Shown here in pieces: positions 13,407 through 28,525 of a DNA stretch of 64,000 nucleotides. Origin of the DNA: Eledone cirrhosa. Taxonomy: Eukaryota. Where the stretch lies: NCBI GenBank assembly GCA_964016885.1, contig OZ024740.1, forward strand, positions 382,540,001 to 382,604,000, given 5' to 3'. Position 1 is the stretch's first letter. Each line of letters opens with the position of its first letter. A program made the position numbers and the translations under genes. Below the pieces are notes generated by a model. It saw only the letters and a program-made list of their open reading frames with translations, was not told where the DNA came from and did not search any database.

Positions 13407-14149
13407 CTATTTACTGATCTATAACATACTTGACCTCCTTTTCAACCCAAGAGACACATAAAACATATGCGCATATTGATCAACAGTGGGGTGACATTCA
13501 TCAAATGATATAGCATGGCAATTTACATATAAAGGTTACAGGATAAAAATAAAATAAAAACAAGAGTGAAAATAAAGATAAACATGAAGCGTTGGCAGTC
13601 TATGAAGATAAAGCAAGAGGAAAGCTTAGAGTAGTCAGTGTATGAAACAATCTCCTGTGTAGCATGCACGCGTGTCTTATTTATACATGATTAGAGTGCG
13701 TCAGAATGAAATTTGCAGGGTCAGGCAGTTGAAGCAGGCAATCGATCTTATTATGTAGGGCTGAATTATTAAGTCATTTATTCTCATACATCTGTATGAT
13801 ATACAGTCTCGGATACGGGGAAACACCAAAATATCAAAAACTTTCAACATACTATAAACCTTATTGTATCGTAGGCAAGGCCGTACCACTGTCCTTGCTC
13901 ACACCACCACTCACATAATCCATGAGACGCAATATATATAGAGAACACGCGTCTATCGTATAATTCGCGGTGGTTCAGCATATAGTCAAGCTATAAACCG
14001 TATCCAGTCGGTTCTTAATTAATATATCATGCTGTCCAGATTCCGGAAGTGCCTGAATGACCATCTCTCACTATTTAGGGTTTGTATATATAATATATTA
14101 CCATTAAAGGTTTTATTGCATACATAACCATAAATAGTACCCATAATAC

Positions 14150-14229
<80 letters not shown>

Positions 14230-14838
14230 AATATATATAAATATATATATATTTCGTTTCTGAATTTTTTTAGCAAGATTCTTTATCTGAAAACGTGTGT
14301 TGAAACCGATATTGTTATACTTTGGGAGGGTCATGTTGCGAATAAGAAACACACGCACCAGTGCTTTCACTTCAATTTATTATAATAAATTTATAAATTT
14401 AGGAATTTATAAATTTCCAGTTGGTTGGTTGGTTGGTTCCACAACCAGATGGTTGTTTATATATTGTGAAAGTTCTTTCGTCACACATTATATGACCTCT
14501 TCAGTGACTGAAATAATTTTGAGATAGAGCGCCCGTGATGTTTGCTCTAAACTGGTTAGAGCAAACATCACGGTGCTCTATCTCAAAATTATTTTTGAAA
14601 AGCACTAAAAATGCGCTACCGGTAAAACTTAAAACCAAAACTGAATACTAACCAATACTTATTTTTACTTATTCCTAATTAAACTATTTTTTACTGGGAA
14701 CAATTTGTCAGGATTTTCTTTTCCTTTCACCAATATATCATAACTCGTGTGTTACACCTCTATTCTTTTATATATATATATATATATAAAGAAAGAATAA
14801 TAACAGTTAGGCATCATAAAAAAGTAATTTATTCTGTG

Positions 14839-14950
14839 TGCTTACAAATGTTTCCAGGGTGGTTATACAGCCTAGTTATGCCATGTGTAAATGTAGAACT
14901 ATTTGCAAAACTCAATTATCAAATGCTGTGACCACTGTATCATCAGAGCA
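14839..14950 (-). ncRNA. Type I HHR with extended stem II
   Basis: tgct CTGATGA tacagtggt..(about 85 nt)..accaccctg GAAA catttg TA agca. Confidence 0.75.
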
Positions 14951-15324
14951 GAATGGTTAAATGTAAAATGTAAATACCCGTAAGTGAGGTTATTGGAGAA
15001 GATAGAGTAGAAAAGGAAGAGAGAAAGAAGGGGAGGGGGAGAGAGAGAGGCATGCAGGGTTTGGAGAAATGGGAGAGAGTGGTTTGTAGAATACAGATAT
15101 CTTAATCAAAATGTTGTGGTAGGGGTTTTATTATACTGGTTACTCAACCTTAATCGACAACCTTAAGCGATGCGTTGATAGTTAAGTTTGGAATTATTTA
15201 TTGCCACAGAAGGCAGATTCATAGATGTGGAGAGGGAGGGAGGTGGACTGATGGCGAGAGAGAGATGGGGCAGACGAGAACTAACCTCACTTAAGGCTAT
15301 TTACATTTTAGATTTTAACCATTC

Positions 15325-15436
15325 TGCTCTGAGGATACAGTGGTCACAGCATTTGATAATTGAGTTTTGCATATAGTTATAAATTTGCACATAGCATAAC
15401 TAGGCTGTATAACCACCGTGGAAATATTTGTAAGCA
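15325..15436 (+). ncRNA. Type I HHR with extended stem II (diverged inverted partner of 14839)
   Basis: tgct CTGAGGA tacagtggt..accaccgtg GAAA tatttg TA agca; inverted-repeat arms about 14786-14972 and 15300-15490. Confidence 0.7.
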
Positions 15437-15730
15437 CACAGAATAAATTACCTTTTTATGATGTCTACCTGTTATTATTCATTCTTTATCTACTCTCCGG
15501 AATACAGAAGGATCAGGAACTGAGTTTCTTCAACTATTCTTCCATAACTCGTTGAGTAATCCCTCACCGTACGTCAACTCTATCCAGTGTAGTAATTAAC
15601 CATTATTGCATCCAGGATAATCCTATACCTAATACACACACACACACACGCACACACACACACACTCACACACACACACACACGCACATACACACACACA
15701 CACACACACACATACACACACACACACACA

Positions 15731-15779
<49 letters not shown>

Positions 15780-15780
15780 G

Positions 15781-15831
<51 letters not shown>

Positions 15832-16009
15832 CGAAGGAAATGTGGTAAGGAACCAGGTGAACCATAACGCAACAAAGTACTCAATACTTAAGGTAGTAGA
15901 GTGGGTAATAGGAACAAGTACGACCCCGACGGCTGAGCTCAAGCCGTTTCGACGGCTAATTCTGTCGGGGTCTTGTTCCTATATATATATATTTATATAT
16001 ATGTATATG

Positions 16010-16094
<85 letters not shown>

Positions 16095-16107
16095 ACATTC
16101 AGAAACG

Positions 16108-16155
<48 letters not shown>

Positions 16156-16191
16156 CATGTAAGAATATTTTCGAAACAGCGAGCGAGTTTT

Positions 16192-16459
16192 GAAATTATA
16201 AATATAAGCTATCGCCGTATTTTGACTAAAGAAATTAAAGACATTTTTTAGCCTGATAATGGGGCTAAGAACCCTCGGAGAAATGGAAAAAGATGAATAT
16301 TGACGTACTTGGGAGATGAACCCACATCTTTGGTTATCCCATGTTCGTCAATACTCATCTTTTTCCAATTCTCCGAGGGTTCTTAACCCCACTATCAGGC
16401 TAAATAATTTCTTTAATTTCTTTAGTCAAAATACGGCGATAGCTTATATTTATAATTTC
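16192..16459. repeat. Imperfect inverted repeat (about 115-bp arms) in (TA)n
   Basis: 16192-16306 is the reverse complement of 16345-16459 with scattered mismatches. Confidence 0.85.
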
Positions 16460-18782
16460 ATATATATATATATAAAAGGAAAATACAAGGAATTAAGAAA
16501 TAATTGTTTCTACTTTTGGCTCAAGGCCAGCAAATACCTAGTATATTACTGGTACTTTATTTTATCGACTCTCGTAAGGATGAAAGGCAAAAGTAAACTC
16601 GGCGGGATTTGAACTCAGTTCGTATAGGGACGTAACTGTGCTGCAAAGCATGGTGTCTGACCCTTTACCGTTACTGCCAATCCACCGCCAAGGAATTAAG
16701 AAATAATGAATTGAATTATGTACAGTATTATGGAAAGTCATTTTAAGGGAAATTAAATGTTATTGACAATAATCAAGAATTGACTCTAAAAGGGTGGTAA
16801 ATTTAAATTTGAAAGTAAGTTTATTTCCGTATATGATTATAAATGTTTATGAATAACATACATTTCTTAATGTATGTTTCACAGGAGTAGAATATTAATA
16901 CAATTTTTATGATAAGACATTTATCTTCATTAATATAACCAGAATATTATTGTACATTATTTCCTCAGACTACATTTATATTTTATAATGGTTAATTAAT
17001 TTCCCGAATTCATTTGATGCAAAGTAATTATCCTGTATTGTGTAGCTTAATTTCAGCACTTTTTATAAGGTCATTTGAGGTTAGGTGCAATGTATTTGTA
17101 AATTACATTTTGGATAAAATATGTTCTCCTGCAATTTTAATTCAGGCAATTATTTTATTTTATTTAAGATAATTGTAATTTTATTTAATATATTTAATAT
17201 GTACTTTTCATAATTTTCACAAAATGTATTAATGGTAATACCCATAATCATTAGTATTATTAGTATTACTCGAATCCATTATTTTCCGTTTATAATTCTT
17301 TGTTTTTTGTCCCAACCTACTGATTTGATAAGAGCAGGCATGTGCTAACTCTGGCTGAGCAATCGACCGTAATAAAGCAACGGCTTGAGACTGTTCAAAT
17401 TGTTAAGTGATAAGTTTCAAAATATATATATATCGTAAATTGTACGATGTTATGTCCAATCAGATAAGATTAAGATAAAAAAAATATGTGATAAAAAATA
17501 TTTCCTTTTATATGGCAATGCCCCAGCGTCACCTCTGCCTGTGCTCTGCTGCAAGTTTTTGAGAAATTGAGTAAAACAGATAGCGTAGAAATATGTTTTG
17601 GTTATGTAAAATATGACAATATATTTGATTTGTAACCCCCCCCCTGTCAAAGTTGTATTCACTTTGAACAATGAGAGCTTATAATGAATGAATATGTTGA
17701 TCTCGGGTGAATGATGTTATTATGTTAACGATTCTATGAACGTAACCGAAACTAGCACATATGAAAACAATAGCAAAACATCATGGATTTATACTTCTGT
17801 ATTCTTATATTTAAAAGGAGAGACGATGTTTATAAATGAGTTACATTCCAAGTATATATATTTTTTTTTCTCCAACATTCACATTTTACATTAGTATTTG
17901 CAGCTTTACCCGTTTGTTGTATAAATCATATCGATGAAAATGCTCTCTGCCCACGCCTCTCTCTCTCTCTCAACCGCATATAGACATGAATACAGATAAG
18001 CACTATCACACACATAGACACAAACACACATGCACATATATACGTAAACTGTATCTTTTATTCTGTGATTAATTGGACGGTTAAGCTCGTATGCATTTAA
18101 TATAAAGATTATATTTTATACGTGTATAGTGTATATAATTTTAGTATACGAAGTATCATGTCTAAGGAAACAAATCTACAAATATAAATGTATATGAGAA
18201 ACCAGCCGGATGACCGGTCTTGAAAATCAATATATTTTGCGTTTTTCACTTAGTAAAAATATTCCAAGTGTTCAAATATATAGATTTAACTTACTGACTT
18301 ATGGCACGTATATTAAGTATGTAATATGGAATAGGTAATGGGTCACAAATCTAGCTATTTGGTTACGAAATTTGACTCGCAACTACATTGTTTACTTTGC
18401 GATTTTACTGCGCGGTATATTGAGAAAGTGTATTTAACTGGAACACAAATCGACTAAATATTGCTTGTTACGAATTGTTGGTGTTTGATTTAACTCACCA
18501 TCCATTATGTTGGAATTAAAGAGAGAAAAATCTATATTACGTCTCAACAGTATGAGCATTCAAATTTGTGATTCGTGATCATTTACTTAATATCTCATCA
18601 AATTATCAAATTACAAAGCGTAGGAAAGAAAGGAAAAACAAAATAATTTAAATGCGGAATGAAATAACACTGTCAACTCTGAAAAGGAACATGTTACTAA
18701 GCAGGAGAATATTGGGTTTAAAGTGACAATTATACGGACAATCGCTTAATTCATATACTGAATAGGGGAGTGTGTATACATA

Positions 18783-18902
<120 letters not shown>

Positions 18903-18911
18903 CGTGCTTGA

Positions 18912-18950
<39 letters not shown>

Positions 18951-19139
18951 TGATGGCTGCCACCTCGTTATCGAGCATGGCCATTGCACGATATACCATT
19001 ATTAATAGTTATTAATTAATCCCGCCGAGGTTAACTTTGCCTTTCATCCTTACGGGGTCGATAAAATAAAGTACCACTAATACACTGGGTAATTGCTGGC
19101 CTTGTGCCTAACGTAGAAACAATTAATTAATTCTATCGA

Positions 19140-19412
19140 GCAATGCATGTGCGTGAAGAGTTTTTTTAAAGTGAGGAAAGATTGTGCACTGAGCCAATCC
19201 CACTCTCTGAGCGACAGTTGCTATAACCCGAAAAGAAGAAAAGATCAACACCATCAATAACTACTGAGCCGCAGGTTTTATATCGGAGTTATCCAGTTTC
19301 CTGAGTTGCCTTCTCCTAGAAGAATGCCCTGACAAAGGCTAGGGGTCCATCACTCCCAGTGGTTTAACCGCGCGATCGGATGTCCAGCCCGACTATTTCT
19401 ATGTCCCCGCGC
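19140..19412 (-). mobile_element. Probable RTE 5'UTR-related fragment
   Basis: TCTAGGAGAAGGCAACTC...AACTCCGATATAAAACC resembles the conserved RTE 5'UTR block (recognised from memory). Confidence 0.4.
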
Positions 19413-20152
19413 ATATATATATAATATATATATATATATCCATATAAAGATATATAAATACATACAAATATGTACATAGTGTGTCTGTATGCACACGGTG
19501 GATAAAACATACATACATAACTTTTTCATATGTCACAAGGGCGCACGAGAAATGGGACATCACACGAAGTAGCTACATACACATTTACATAGGGAAAGAG
19601 AGAGAAGAGAGAGAGAGAGAGAGAGGGGGGGGGGGATAAAAACAGACAGTATTATGATATGAGATACTGCTCATCACATGACGAGTAATCCAGAATAAGA
19701 ATGAGTGGTAATATAATAGAAATAAATAGTAACATACCATAAAACAACAGTAAATAATATCTGACGTTCTATCATGCTAGGCTGGTTTCAAACAAAGCTT
19801 TACACTATACGAATACACTCACATATACGAATATGTATAAGAATACGAACACACACAATATGTATAAGAATATGAATGCTCGTATAGGAATACATAGACA
19901 CATATACAGTGAAGATATTCTTCAGTGATAATCATATCTCGTCAACATATCAACATGAACCTACATCATTTCTAGGCGATAGACATTTCAAGTAGACCCT
20001 GGTATCTCTTACATTGTCTCACGAATATCGCCAATGTCTTAAAACATCTCTATAGTAATTTGATGGTTTGGGAAGGTTACAGACGTTTGCTAGCCATTTT
20101 TTCACATTTCGTCTGGAATGATCTCTAAGCTTGTTCTATTAATAGATTATGA

Positions 20153-20197
<45 letters not shown>

Positions 20198-20235
20198 TCT
20201 GTGTGTGTGTATGGGTGTGTGTGTGTGACAATATG

Positions 20236-20831
20236 TATGTATGTTCATCTGGTTTTATAATTTTACAAATTTTGCCACTAGAGAGAGTCGGTTTCTAACA
20301 TAGGTACAAGACTCTCTCATTGGAATTTACATAGCATCAACTAGGTAGATATGTATGTCTGCATGCATGCATGCATGTGTGTGCAGGTATGGATGTTATT
20401 GTATGTTATGTGTGGATGTGTATGTTTTGAGTTATGTGTGTGTATGTACATATGCTTTGTATCTGTACATGTATATATGCAGTTACTAGATGCAGAATTT
20501 TTAGAATGTTTTACATATTTTTTATGTATGTATATATGTATGTATATGTATGTATGTATGTTCTTCTGGTTTTATAATTTCACAATGTTTCCCCAATAGA
20601 GAGAGAGTTGGTTTCAACATAGACACAAGACTCTCTCATTGGAATTTACACAACATCAACTAGGTAGATATGTATGCATGCATGTGTAGATATGGAAGTT
20701 ATTGAATGGCGACCGGTAATGTTTGTGCTAATGTCAACCATTCAGGTATAAGTGTATCTCCCTTAAGAACTTTTTGGTAGAGGTCAGTAAGATACCTCCG
20801 ACAGAATATCAGTTTGTTGTACCAGGAGCCG

Positions 20832-20862
<31 letters not shown>

Positions 20863-21130
20863 TGTATGTATGTATGTATGTATGTATGTATGTATGTATG
20901 TATGTACGTATGTATGTATGTACGTATGTATGTGTATGTATGTATATATGTATATATGTATGTTCTTCTGGTTTTATAATTTCATAAATTTTTGCCATTA
21001 GAGAGGAAGCCGGTTTCCAACATAGATATAAGACTCTCTCATTGGAATTTACGCAACCTCAACTAGATAGGTATGTATGCATGTCTGCATGCTTGCATGT
21101 GTGTGCAGGTATGGATGATATTGTATGTAT
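20236..21130. repeat. Three diverged copies of an approximately 110-bp repeat embedded in (TATG)n
   Basis: TCTGGTTTTATAATTT..AGACTCTCTCATTGGAATTTAC..CATCAACTAGGTAGAT at about 20245, 20560 and 20962; a fourth copy at about 62812. Confidence 0.8.
20700..20832 (-). pseudogene. Small R4/Dong-like RT fragment
   Basis: IGSWYNKLIFCRRYLTDLYQKVLKGDTLIPEWLTLAQT parallels QGYWIK..EWLTKCTT of the Dong copy at 45835. Confidence 0.55.
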
Positions 21131-21496
21131 GTATATATGTATGTATATTTGTATGTATGTGTGTGTATGTATGGACCTGTATTTTCTGACGGATATTTAG
21201 GGCGCCGTGGTGGGCAAATTAAACTTGGTGTATCCCTTCCCAACAACAGATCTTCGGTTAAATCTTCCTCATATATCATTTTCATTTTCTCCCTCTTAAT
21301 TTCGTACCTTCCCGGAATGAAGCCTGCTGTGTTTAAACCTGGAGAGAGATGGGAACCGCTAGGCTTAAAATGCCCAAGAAACGCCGAATGCCATCATGCG
21401 TTATGGGACTATGTATGTATGTATGTATGTATGTATGTATGTATGTATGTATGTATGTATGTATGTATGTATGTATGTATGCATGCATGTATGTAT

Positions 21497-21762
21497 GAAG
21501 GCAGGTAACTTTGTGGTTAGGGTATTCGGCTTACAATAGTCAGGTTATTTCACCATGCGCTAGTCCACTCTGCTGGCAAAAATGAGTTGTACCTGTAGTT
21601 CGAATGGCCAGTCTTCTCAAATTCCATGTCACAACGACGTTAAGGATGTGTCTGTGGAAGGCTGTGTCTGTGCAATACTGAGTCACTTACACGTTAATTT
21701 CACGAGCAGGCTGTTCCGTGGATCGGATCAACTGGAACAAACATCGTCGTAACCGACGGATT
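21497..21762 (+). mobile_element. Degenerate tRNA-derived SINE
   Basis: GTGGTTAGGGTATTCGGCT head; tail CACGTTAATTTCACGAGCAGGCTGTTCCG..GTAACCGACGGA; diverged copy at about 22325-22635. Confidence 0.6.
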
Positions 21763-21859
21763 TCCTCAGTAAGCTACGTATGTATGTATAAATATATGTA
21801 AAGGTAATAACAAAAATAACAAAACAAAGGGCACAGTAGATGGAATAGCAGGACGAGAG

Positions 21860-21895
21860 TCTTAACGTTTAAGATACTAGTCCATCATCAGAAGA
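21860..21895 (-). ncRNA. Degenerate minimal HHR
   Basis: tctt CTGATGA tggactagtatct TAAA cg TT aaga (G12 mutated). Confidence 0.5.
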
Positions 21896-21983
21896 TATTG
21901 TTAGAAATAAAGAGTGATGAGAGGAAGGAACGGGGAACATGAGAAAACGTTTGGGAGAAAAAACACACGTATATTCAGTCGGC

Positions 21984-22152
<169 letters not shown>

Positions 22153-23779
22153 ATGCTTGTATGTATGTATATGTATGGATATTGCTGTACGAGGGAACAG
22201 TTGGTATTGAATGTTCCTTGTTAAAGTTTATTCAATCATCGTTTATATCTGAACAAATATAAAATAGGAATATTTGCAATTTTAGAGATTGTATTGTTTG
22301 TGCTTGCACCAACTTTTAAAATGATTGATTCGCAATCATTAGGTTCCGGGTTCGATTCTATTGTGTTGGCACGTAATCTTTAACTTAGATAGAGATCAAC
22401 GTATGACTTATGAGAGAGGTTTAGCCTATGAAAATAGTTTGGGAGCCCGTGGTTTAGATGGTTCGTATAATTCGAAGGGCCATCCCTGATATACACAATG
22501 GTTCATGCTGAATCTCCCTGAGAATTGCATTAAGTTGTACGTGTCTATGGAATGCTCAGCGACGTACAAGTTAATTATACGAGCAAAGTTTGTTGATCGA
22601 AGAAAAGGGACAACAATCATCGAAACCGACGAAGGACCCTTTCATGCTTTAATGAACAGTGGAATTTTTTCAATATTGACATCCCAAGTTTGTTGACAAT
22701 GAATTGCCATTTTGTTTTCAGGGTAGGATTTCATCGGTCTACCAACCTTCGTTACATATTTTACATTAACAGTATACTGAACAAATGAAGTGATTTGGTT
22801 TTATACAATTAACATTTCACGAGATGTATATCTATACGATGTGTCTTCAATGAAGTTTCGCCAGTTTCTGCCTTTAGGGTGACCACAACTTTAAGTAAGT
22901 TAGTATGGAATTTATAGTGTGGAAGTTGGCATTCGTAAATAGTTTTGGGGTGAATTGTGTTGTTATTTACTTTTGATTAATTAATTCTATTTCGAGTGCT
23001 TTTCATTCTTTTCTGTTATTTCAAAATTAGAATGTTCTGATATTTCTTGGGGTGTGTGATGTAATACAGAATATAATATTGGACGAAACTAAATTGCTTT
23101 TTGTTTGTAATACTTGTAATACTTGAAATTCTATTATAAGTTCTATTCCATTATCAATAACAATTGTTATTTCAATTAGTATTCATTTTAATTAGTCCTT
23201 TCTTACGTATTTCATTTTCAGAAACACTTTTGCACTTTTTCTTATTTGATTAAATTGTAAATTAGTTTTAAAATGTTTTGTATTGCTTGAAGTAAATATA
23301 TGTCTCTGGTTTCAGTCATTAGACTAAAGCCATGCTGGAGCAAGGCTTTAGTTAACTCAATCCTATAGACTTCACTAGTGCATATTTAAAAAGTACCTCT
23401 TTCTCAAATCACTAGTTGCGGACAGAAGCGCAAGCAAAGACTCTGATAGACACCGAAACAGACATACACACACCCACAGAGACACACACAGACACATACA
23501 CACACGCAGAGAGAGAGACACACACACACACACGAATAAACACACATACACACACATACATGTATATACTCTTTTACTCTTATATATATATATATGTGTG
23601 TGTGTGTGTATTTACATATGTGTGTGTGCCTGTGTGTGTATGGATATATACATATATAAAAATATATATATATTTATTTACATATATATATATATTTATT
23701 GATTTTCGTCAAATCGGACCGAGGAAACAATGTTTCCATTGGTCTTTCCAATTGCTAATACTATCTATCGGTCGCAACT

Positions 23780-23909
23780 CCAGGTAGAAGGAGCAACGTG
23801 AAATAAAGTGTCTTGCTCAAGGACATAACACATCGCCCTGTCCGGGAATCGAACTCACAACCTGACGATTGCTAATCCGATTCTCTAACCACTTAGCCAC
23901 GCGCCTTCA
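23780..23909 (-). mobile_element. tRNA-derived SINE 5' part
   Basis: A box TGGCTAAGTGG, B box GTTCGATTC, then TGTCCTTGAGCAAGACACTT central-domain start. Confidence 0.8.
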
Positions 23910-23911
23910 TA

Positions 23912-23967
<56 letters not shown>

Positions 23968-24049
23968 TTTCGATTTCAACTCTTTTTCTTTATACATTCA
24001 CTCGTGTAGGACACCTCGGTTATTTTTCATTTTGTAAAAAAAAGCTCAC

Positions 24050-24582
<533 letters not shown>

Positions 24583-24802
24583 TATATATATATATATATA
24601 TGTAGATAAATCTAACAAAAGTATACGGTAGTGTCCAATCCGTATGAAGAACTCAATGTAATCCGGATATCATGGAAAGAAGAGATGCATTCAAAAATCA
24701 CTTTCGGTGAAAGATAAACGGAATACAGAGTCAAGATAAAATATAAAAAAAATAATGAATAAAACAATGAAACAGTTCCTTATATTAAACAAAAAAAGTT
24801 CA

Positions 24803-24937
24803 TTATTTAACGATCGTTTCTAGGACATATATGTGTTAGAATTGGCATGCATATTCAAAAGATCTATGTACAAAATTATACAAACTATCAAAGAGAATAT
24901 ACATACCATCACATATATATGCTGTCTTCAGAAATAA
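24803..24937 (-). ncRNA. Type I HHR with about 105-nt stem II
   Basis: ttattt CTGAAGA cagcatatatatgtg..cacatatatgtccta GAAA cgatcg TT aaataa; mirror copy 24940-25074(+) has C3U; palindrome about 24738-25140. Confidence 0.8.
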
Positions 24938-25127
24938 TTTTATTTTTGAAGACAGCATATAAATGTGATGGTATGTATATTCTCTTTGATAGTTTGTATA
25001 ATTTTGTACATAGATCTTTTGAATATGCATGCCAATTCTAACACATATATGTCCTAGAAACGATCGTTAAATAATGAACTTTTTTTGTTTAATATAAGGA
25101 ACTGTCTCATTGTTTTATTCATTTTTT

Positions 25128-25179
<52 letters not shown>

Positions 25180-25325
25180 ATAATAATAAAATTGAAGACT
25201 AAAATCCAAAGAGGGCTCGATAAGGAAAATATATATCAAATATATAAGAACCGTAGAGCAAATATTTATTAAAATAACAGATTAAAGTTTAAGCAAAGAA
25301 TCGCTGCTTTCACCCGTAACGGGAT

Positions 25326-25373
<48 letters not shown>

Positions 25374-25381
25374 CAGATTAA

Positions 25382-25432
25382 AGTTTAAGCAAAGAATCGC
25401 TGCTTTCACCCTTACCGGGATCTTCTGATACT
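25382..25432 (-). ncRNA. Type I HHR, U4A core variant
   Basis: agtat CAGAAGA tcccggtaagggt GAAA gcagcgattctttgc TT aaact. Confidence 0.7.
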
Positions 25433-26379
25433 AACAAAGTCAATCTGTAAACGCAGAAGTGGATATTTCAAAAAACGTTGCAACCGGAGGAAGCCAGGAA
25501 GACGATACTTTGGTTCGTGGAAACGTTCCCTGGCAAATATCGGGAAAAAACGAATATAATACGTCATTATTTGGATTGGTGAAAAACAATTACGCGCAAA
25601 GACAGAACAACGTTTATGGTATAAAAGAGGTCGTAGACTAATGTTCTCTTAGGTGGTTCATAGAGACGTTCTCTGGCAATGAACGAAAAAAACGAAGATA
25701 ATACGTCATATGTGGAGCGTGGAGAACAATTGCACGCAAAGACAAAACCACATAAATGGTATAGCAGAAGTCGTAGACTAAAATTCTAACTAGGAGACCG
25801 AATGAATCTCCGCTTCAGAGTTAAGAACAAAGTAAATAAATACAATACAGAGGTAATAGAAATTAAATAAATACATACACGCACACAAATACGTACATAC
25901 ACAAGCATACGCGAAAACACTTACCATAGGTATACAAAAAACCACGCACATGTAAATATGTGTGTGCGTGTATGCGTGTATACAAATAAATAAATAATTA
26001 AATAAACGTATATAAATAAATAAATACGTATATAACAAGCGCACACACATACCTACATGTAAATACACAAATGTTCGGAGACGTAAGTCAACCAAATCAT
26101 GAAGTACACATATACACACACCCTACATACGTACGAACCTGAATACTCACACATACGCAAAACATCCGTATACTCATAACCAAACCATATGTACCAGAAA
26201 ATATAAAATTATACGCCATATCATATACAATCAAATATACGTACGAGAAGGTAATCGTACCTTCACAAAACATACATATAATATATACTTACCTATGCAA
26301 ATAAGTAATGGTATAAACAAAACATATACTTAGCTACCACAGCAAAACGTAAAATATCCACATATAGATCGTACTATCC

Positions 26380-27118
26380 GTTAGGGTATAACGTGGGGCT
26401 GTAATACAGGAAAGTTGTTGTGCAATTTAGTTTACAAGCCGAAATTGCCTCAGATTTTTTTGTTTAGGATGTGGTCTGTGGCGTAGAGTATTTCCAGGGC
26501 CTCAGCGGCGCAGAGGTCATATGGTCTTTTATTTCCGTTATACGATCTAGCCCTAGCTAGGATCTCCCAGTGTAACTTTTATTGGGTGTGGTTTTCTTTT
26601 AGACTCCAGATATAAGCTGAAAGTGACGTCATATTCCTTCTTAGAGGGTAACGAACAGAATGGGTATGCATGTAAAGACGCTGCTTGAATCTATTGGCGG
26701 TTAACCCTATGTAGGCCCTACGGGACGTGAGTGTTTCAACCTTACATTTGTAGACAATGTTACTAGAGAGGCATTTCCCGGATAGGGGGCAATTAACCCG
26801 ATTCCTACAATTACAGTTAGTACTAACTACAGGGTTGCACGTGTTCCTACGGCTAGGTAGTTTAGCTAAATTTGAAGTTGTGATGTTATGTGCAAGGGTA
26901 GGAGTCGTAGAGTAAGAAATTTTAAAAGTATTTCGATTAAAAAATTTACTATATTTATTTGTAGGGGGAAATGCTTCGTAATAAGGGAAAGAAAGATCTT
27001 AGCGAATGGTGTGGCCACCTCCATATTATATGGTGGGTTATACCAACAAATGCGACGGGATCTATTTCTTCTAGGTCTATTTTCGTACTCTGTATATGCT
27101 ACCTTATCGACAAATCCA
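26380..27118 (-). pseudogene. PLE thumb/linker plus GIY-YIG endonuclease fragment
   Basis: Hand translation: ICWYNPPYN..KHFP..CNCRNRVNCPLSGKCLSSNIVYKCKV..AYIGLTANRFKQRLYMH..YIWSLK. Confidence 0.88.
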
Positions 27119-27255
27119 CCCCGAGGGTGAAAGCAGCGATTTTTGCTTAAACTTTAATCTGTTATTTTAATAAATATTTGCTCTGCTCTACGGTTCTTAT
27201 ATATTTGATATATATTTATCCTTATCGAGCTCTCTTTGGATTTTAGTCTTCAAAT

Positions 27256-27308
<53 letters not shown>

Positions 27309-27378
27309 ATTATGAAGAGAGAAGAAACATTAGATATAATTAGTAATAAGATGTATCATACCTAAACTGCTTCTAAAT

Positions 27379-27468
27379 TCCTCGACTACGTAGTTTCGTG
27401 GCATAATCAAAAACAATACATGACAGATATATATAATTTGTGTGAGGTCTGCCGACTTATCAAGAGGA
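27379..27468 (-). ncRNA. Type I HHR, U3-A8 core
   Basis: tcctc TTGATAA gtcggca..tgccac GAAA ctacgtag TC gagga; palindromic stem III ACTACGTAGT, GUC site. Confidence 0.85.
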
Positions 27469-27858
27469 TACCTCATTAGGGGTTTCAAAAACACGTCTGT
27501 AATATGCGAGACAGAATCCCAAAAGGCGGAGGGGGAGTCAATCACGTGATACAGCGTTCAAGAAACAGAGCTAAGCCTCATATAATCCTGAAAAAAATAC
27601 CACGGAGGCGGAGGGGGTATTTATATCGAGGCCGTAGAAGAGGTGGTTAAGGAGGCAAGAAGTATGAGTAATTGTAGCTTTCCACACGTCACTACACTTC
27701 AAGGTTACTCGACCAAAGGGAGTTATAAACAATATATAGAGAAACACACAGATACATGCGGACACACACATATACTCCAACCATTAACTCAAGGATAGGT
27801 GTGGATATATTCATGTATATGTGTGTGTCCGCATGTATCTGTGTGTTTCTCTATATAT

Positions 27859-27892
<34 letters not shown>

Positions 27893-27896
<4 letters not shown>

Positions 27897-28525
27897 TAAT
27901 TTAATATATCAACTAACATAAGCGCACAGATGCACGCCCATGCTAGCAAATACACAGGTTATGTCATAGTACCTAGGTGGTTCAATGCAGGAGAATGCAG
28001 AACAATAATATAAAAGACGTAAAATAAAAAAATATTTTTTTAAAAAATTTTTTAAAAAATTTTTTACTTACTTACTTAAATTTTCACTCCAACTAATTAG
28101 TTTCTGCAATGGGATAAAGACAGTTACGTAATCCAACTGTCGAGAATTCATTGCGTCATCAGGGAGTCTATTCTCAGTTAAGTCTCCAGGCAATGCGCGG
28201 ACACTGGCGGCTCATATAAAAATAATAATAATTCGGTAGATCGAACAGCTGGCGAGGACTGGATTCTATGTACCGAAATTCTCACTGCTTCAGGTCAAAT
28301 GGCCGATTCTAAAGAATCAATCACGTGACACAGAGGCTAGTTAGAAGGAATGGGATGGTAAGATGACTGACGCCTACTAACACCCCAAAAAATTTTTTTA
28401 GAAGTGATTTTGGCAAGTTTGCTCGACAAATCAGTGATTTGGAGATAAATATAGATAATTTAATATATCAACTAACATAAGCGCACAGATGCACGCCCAT
28501 GCTAGCAAATACACAGGTTATGTCA

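Larger units (their letters stand above)
25177..27270 (-). mobile_element. 5'-truncated PLE (Hydra-like clade) with inverted pLTR piece at its 5' end
   Basis: GIY-YIG fragment plus about 1.2-kb 3' UTR with HHR; 27122-27270 is the inverse of 25177-25316. Confidence 0.85.

Noticed and set aside
23840-23909. tRNA gene
   Set aside because: A/B boxes belong to a SINE head; no complete cloverleaf
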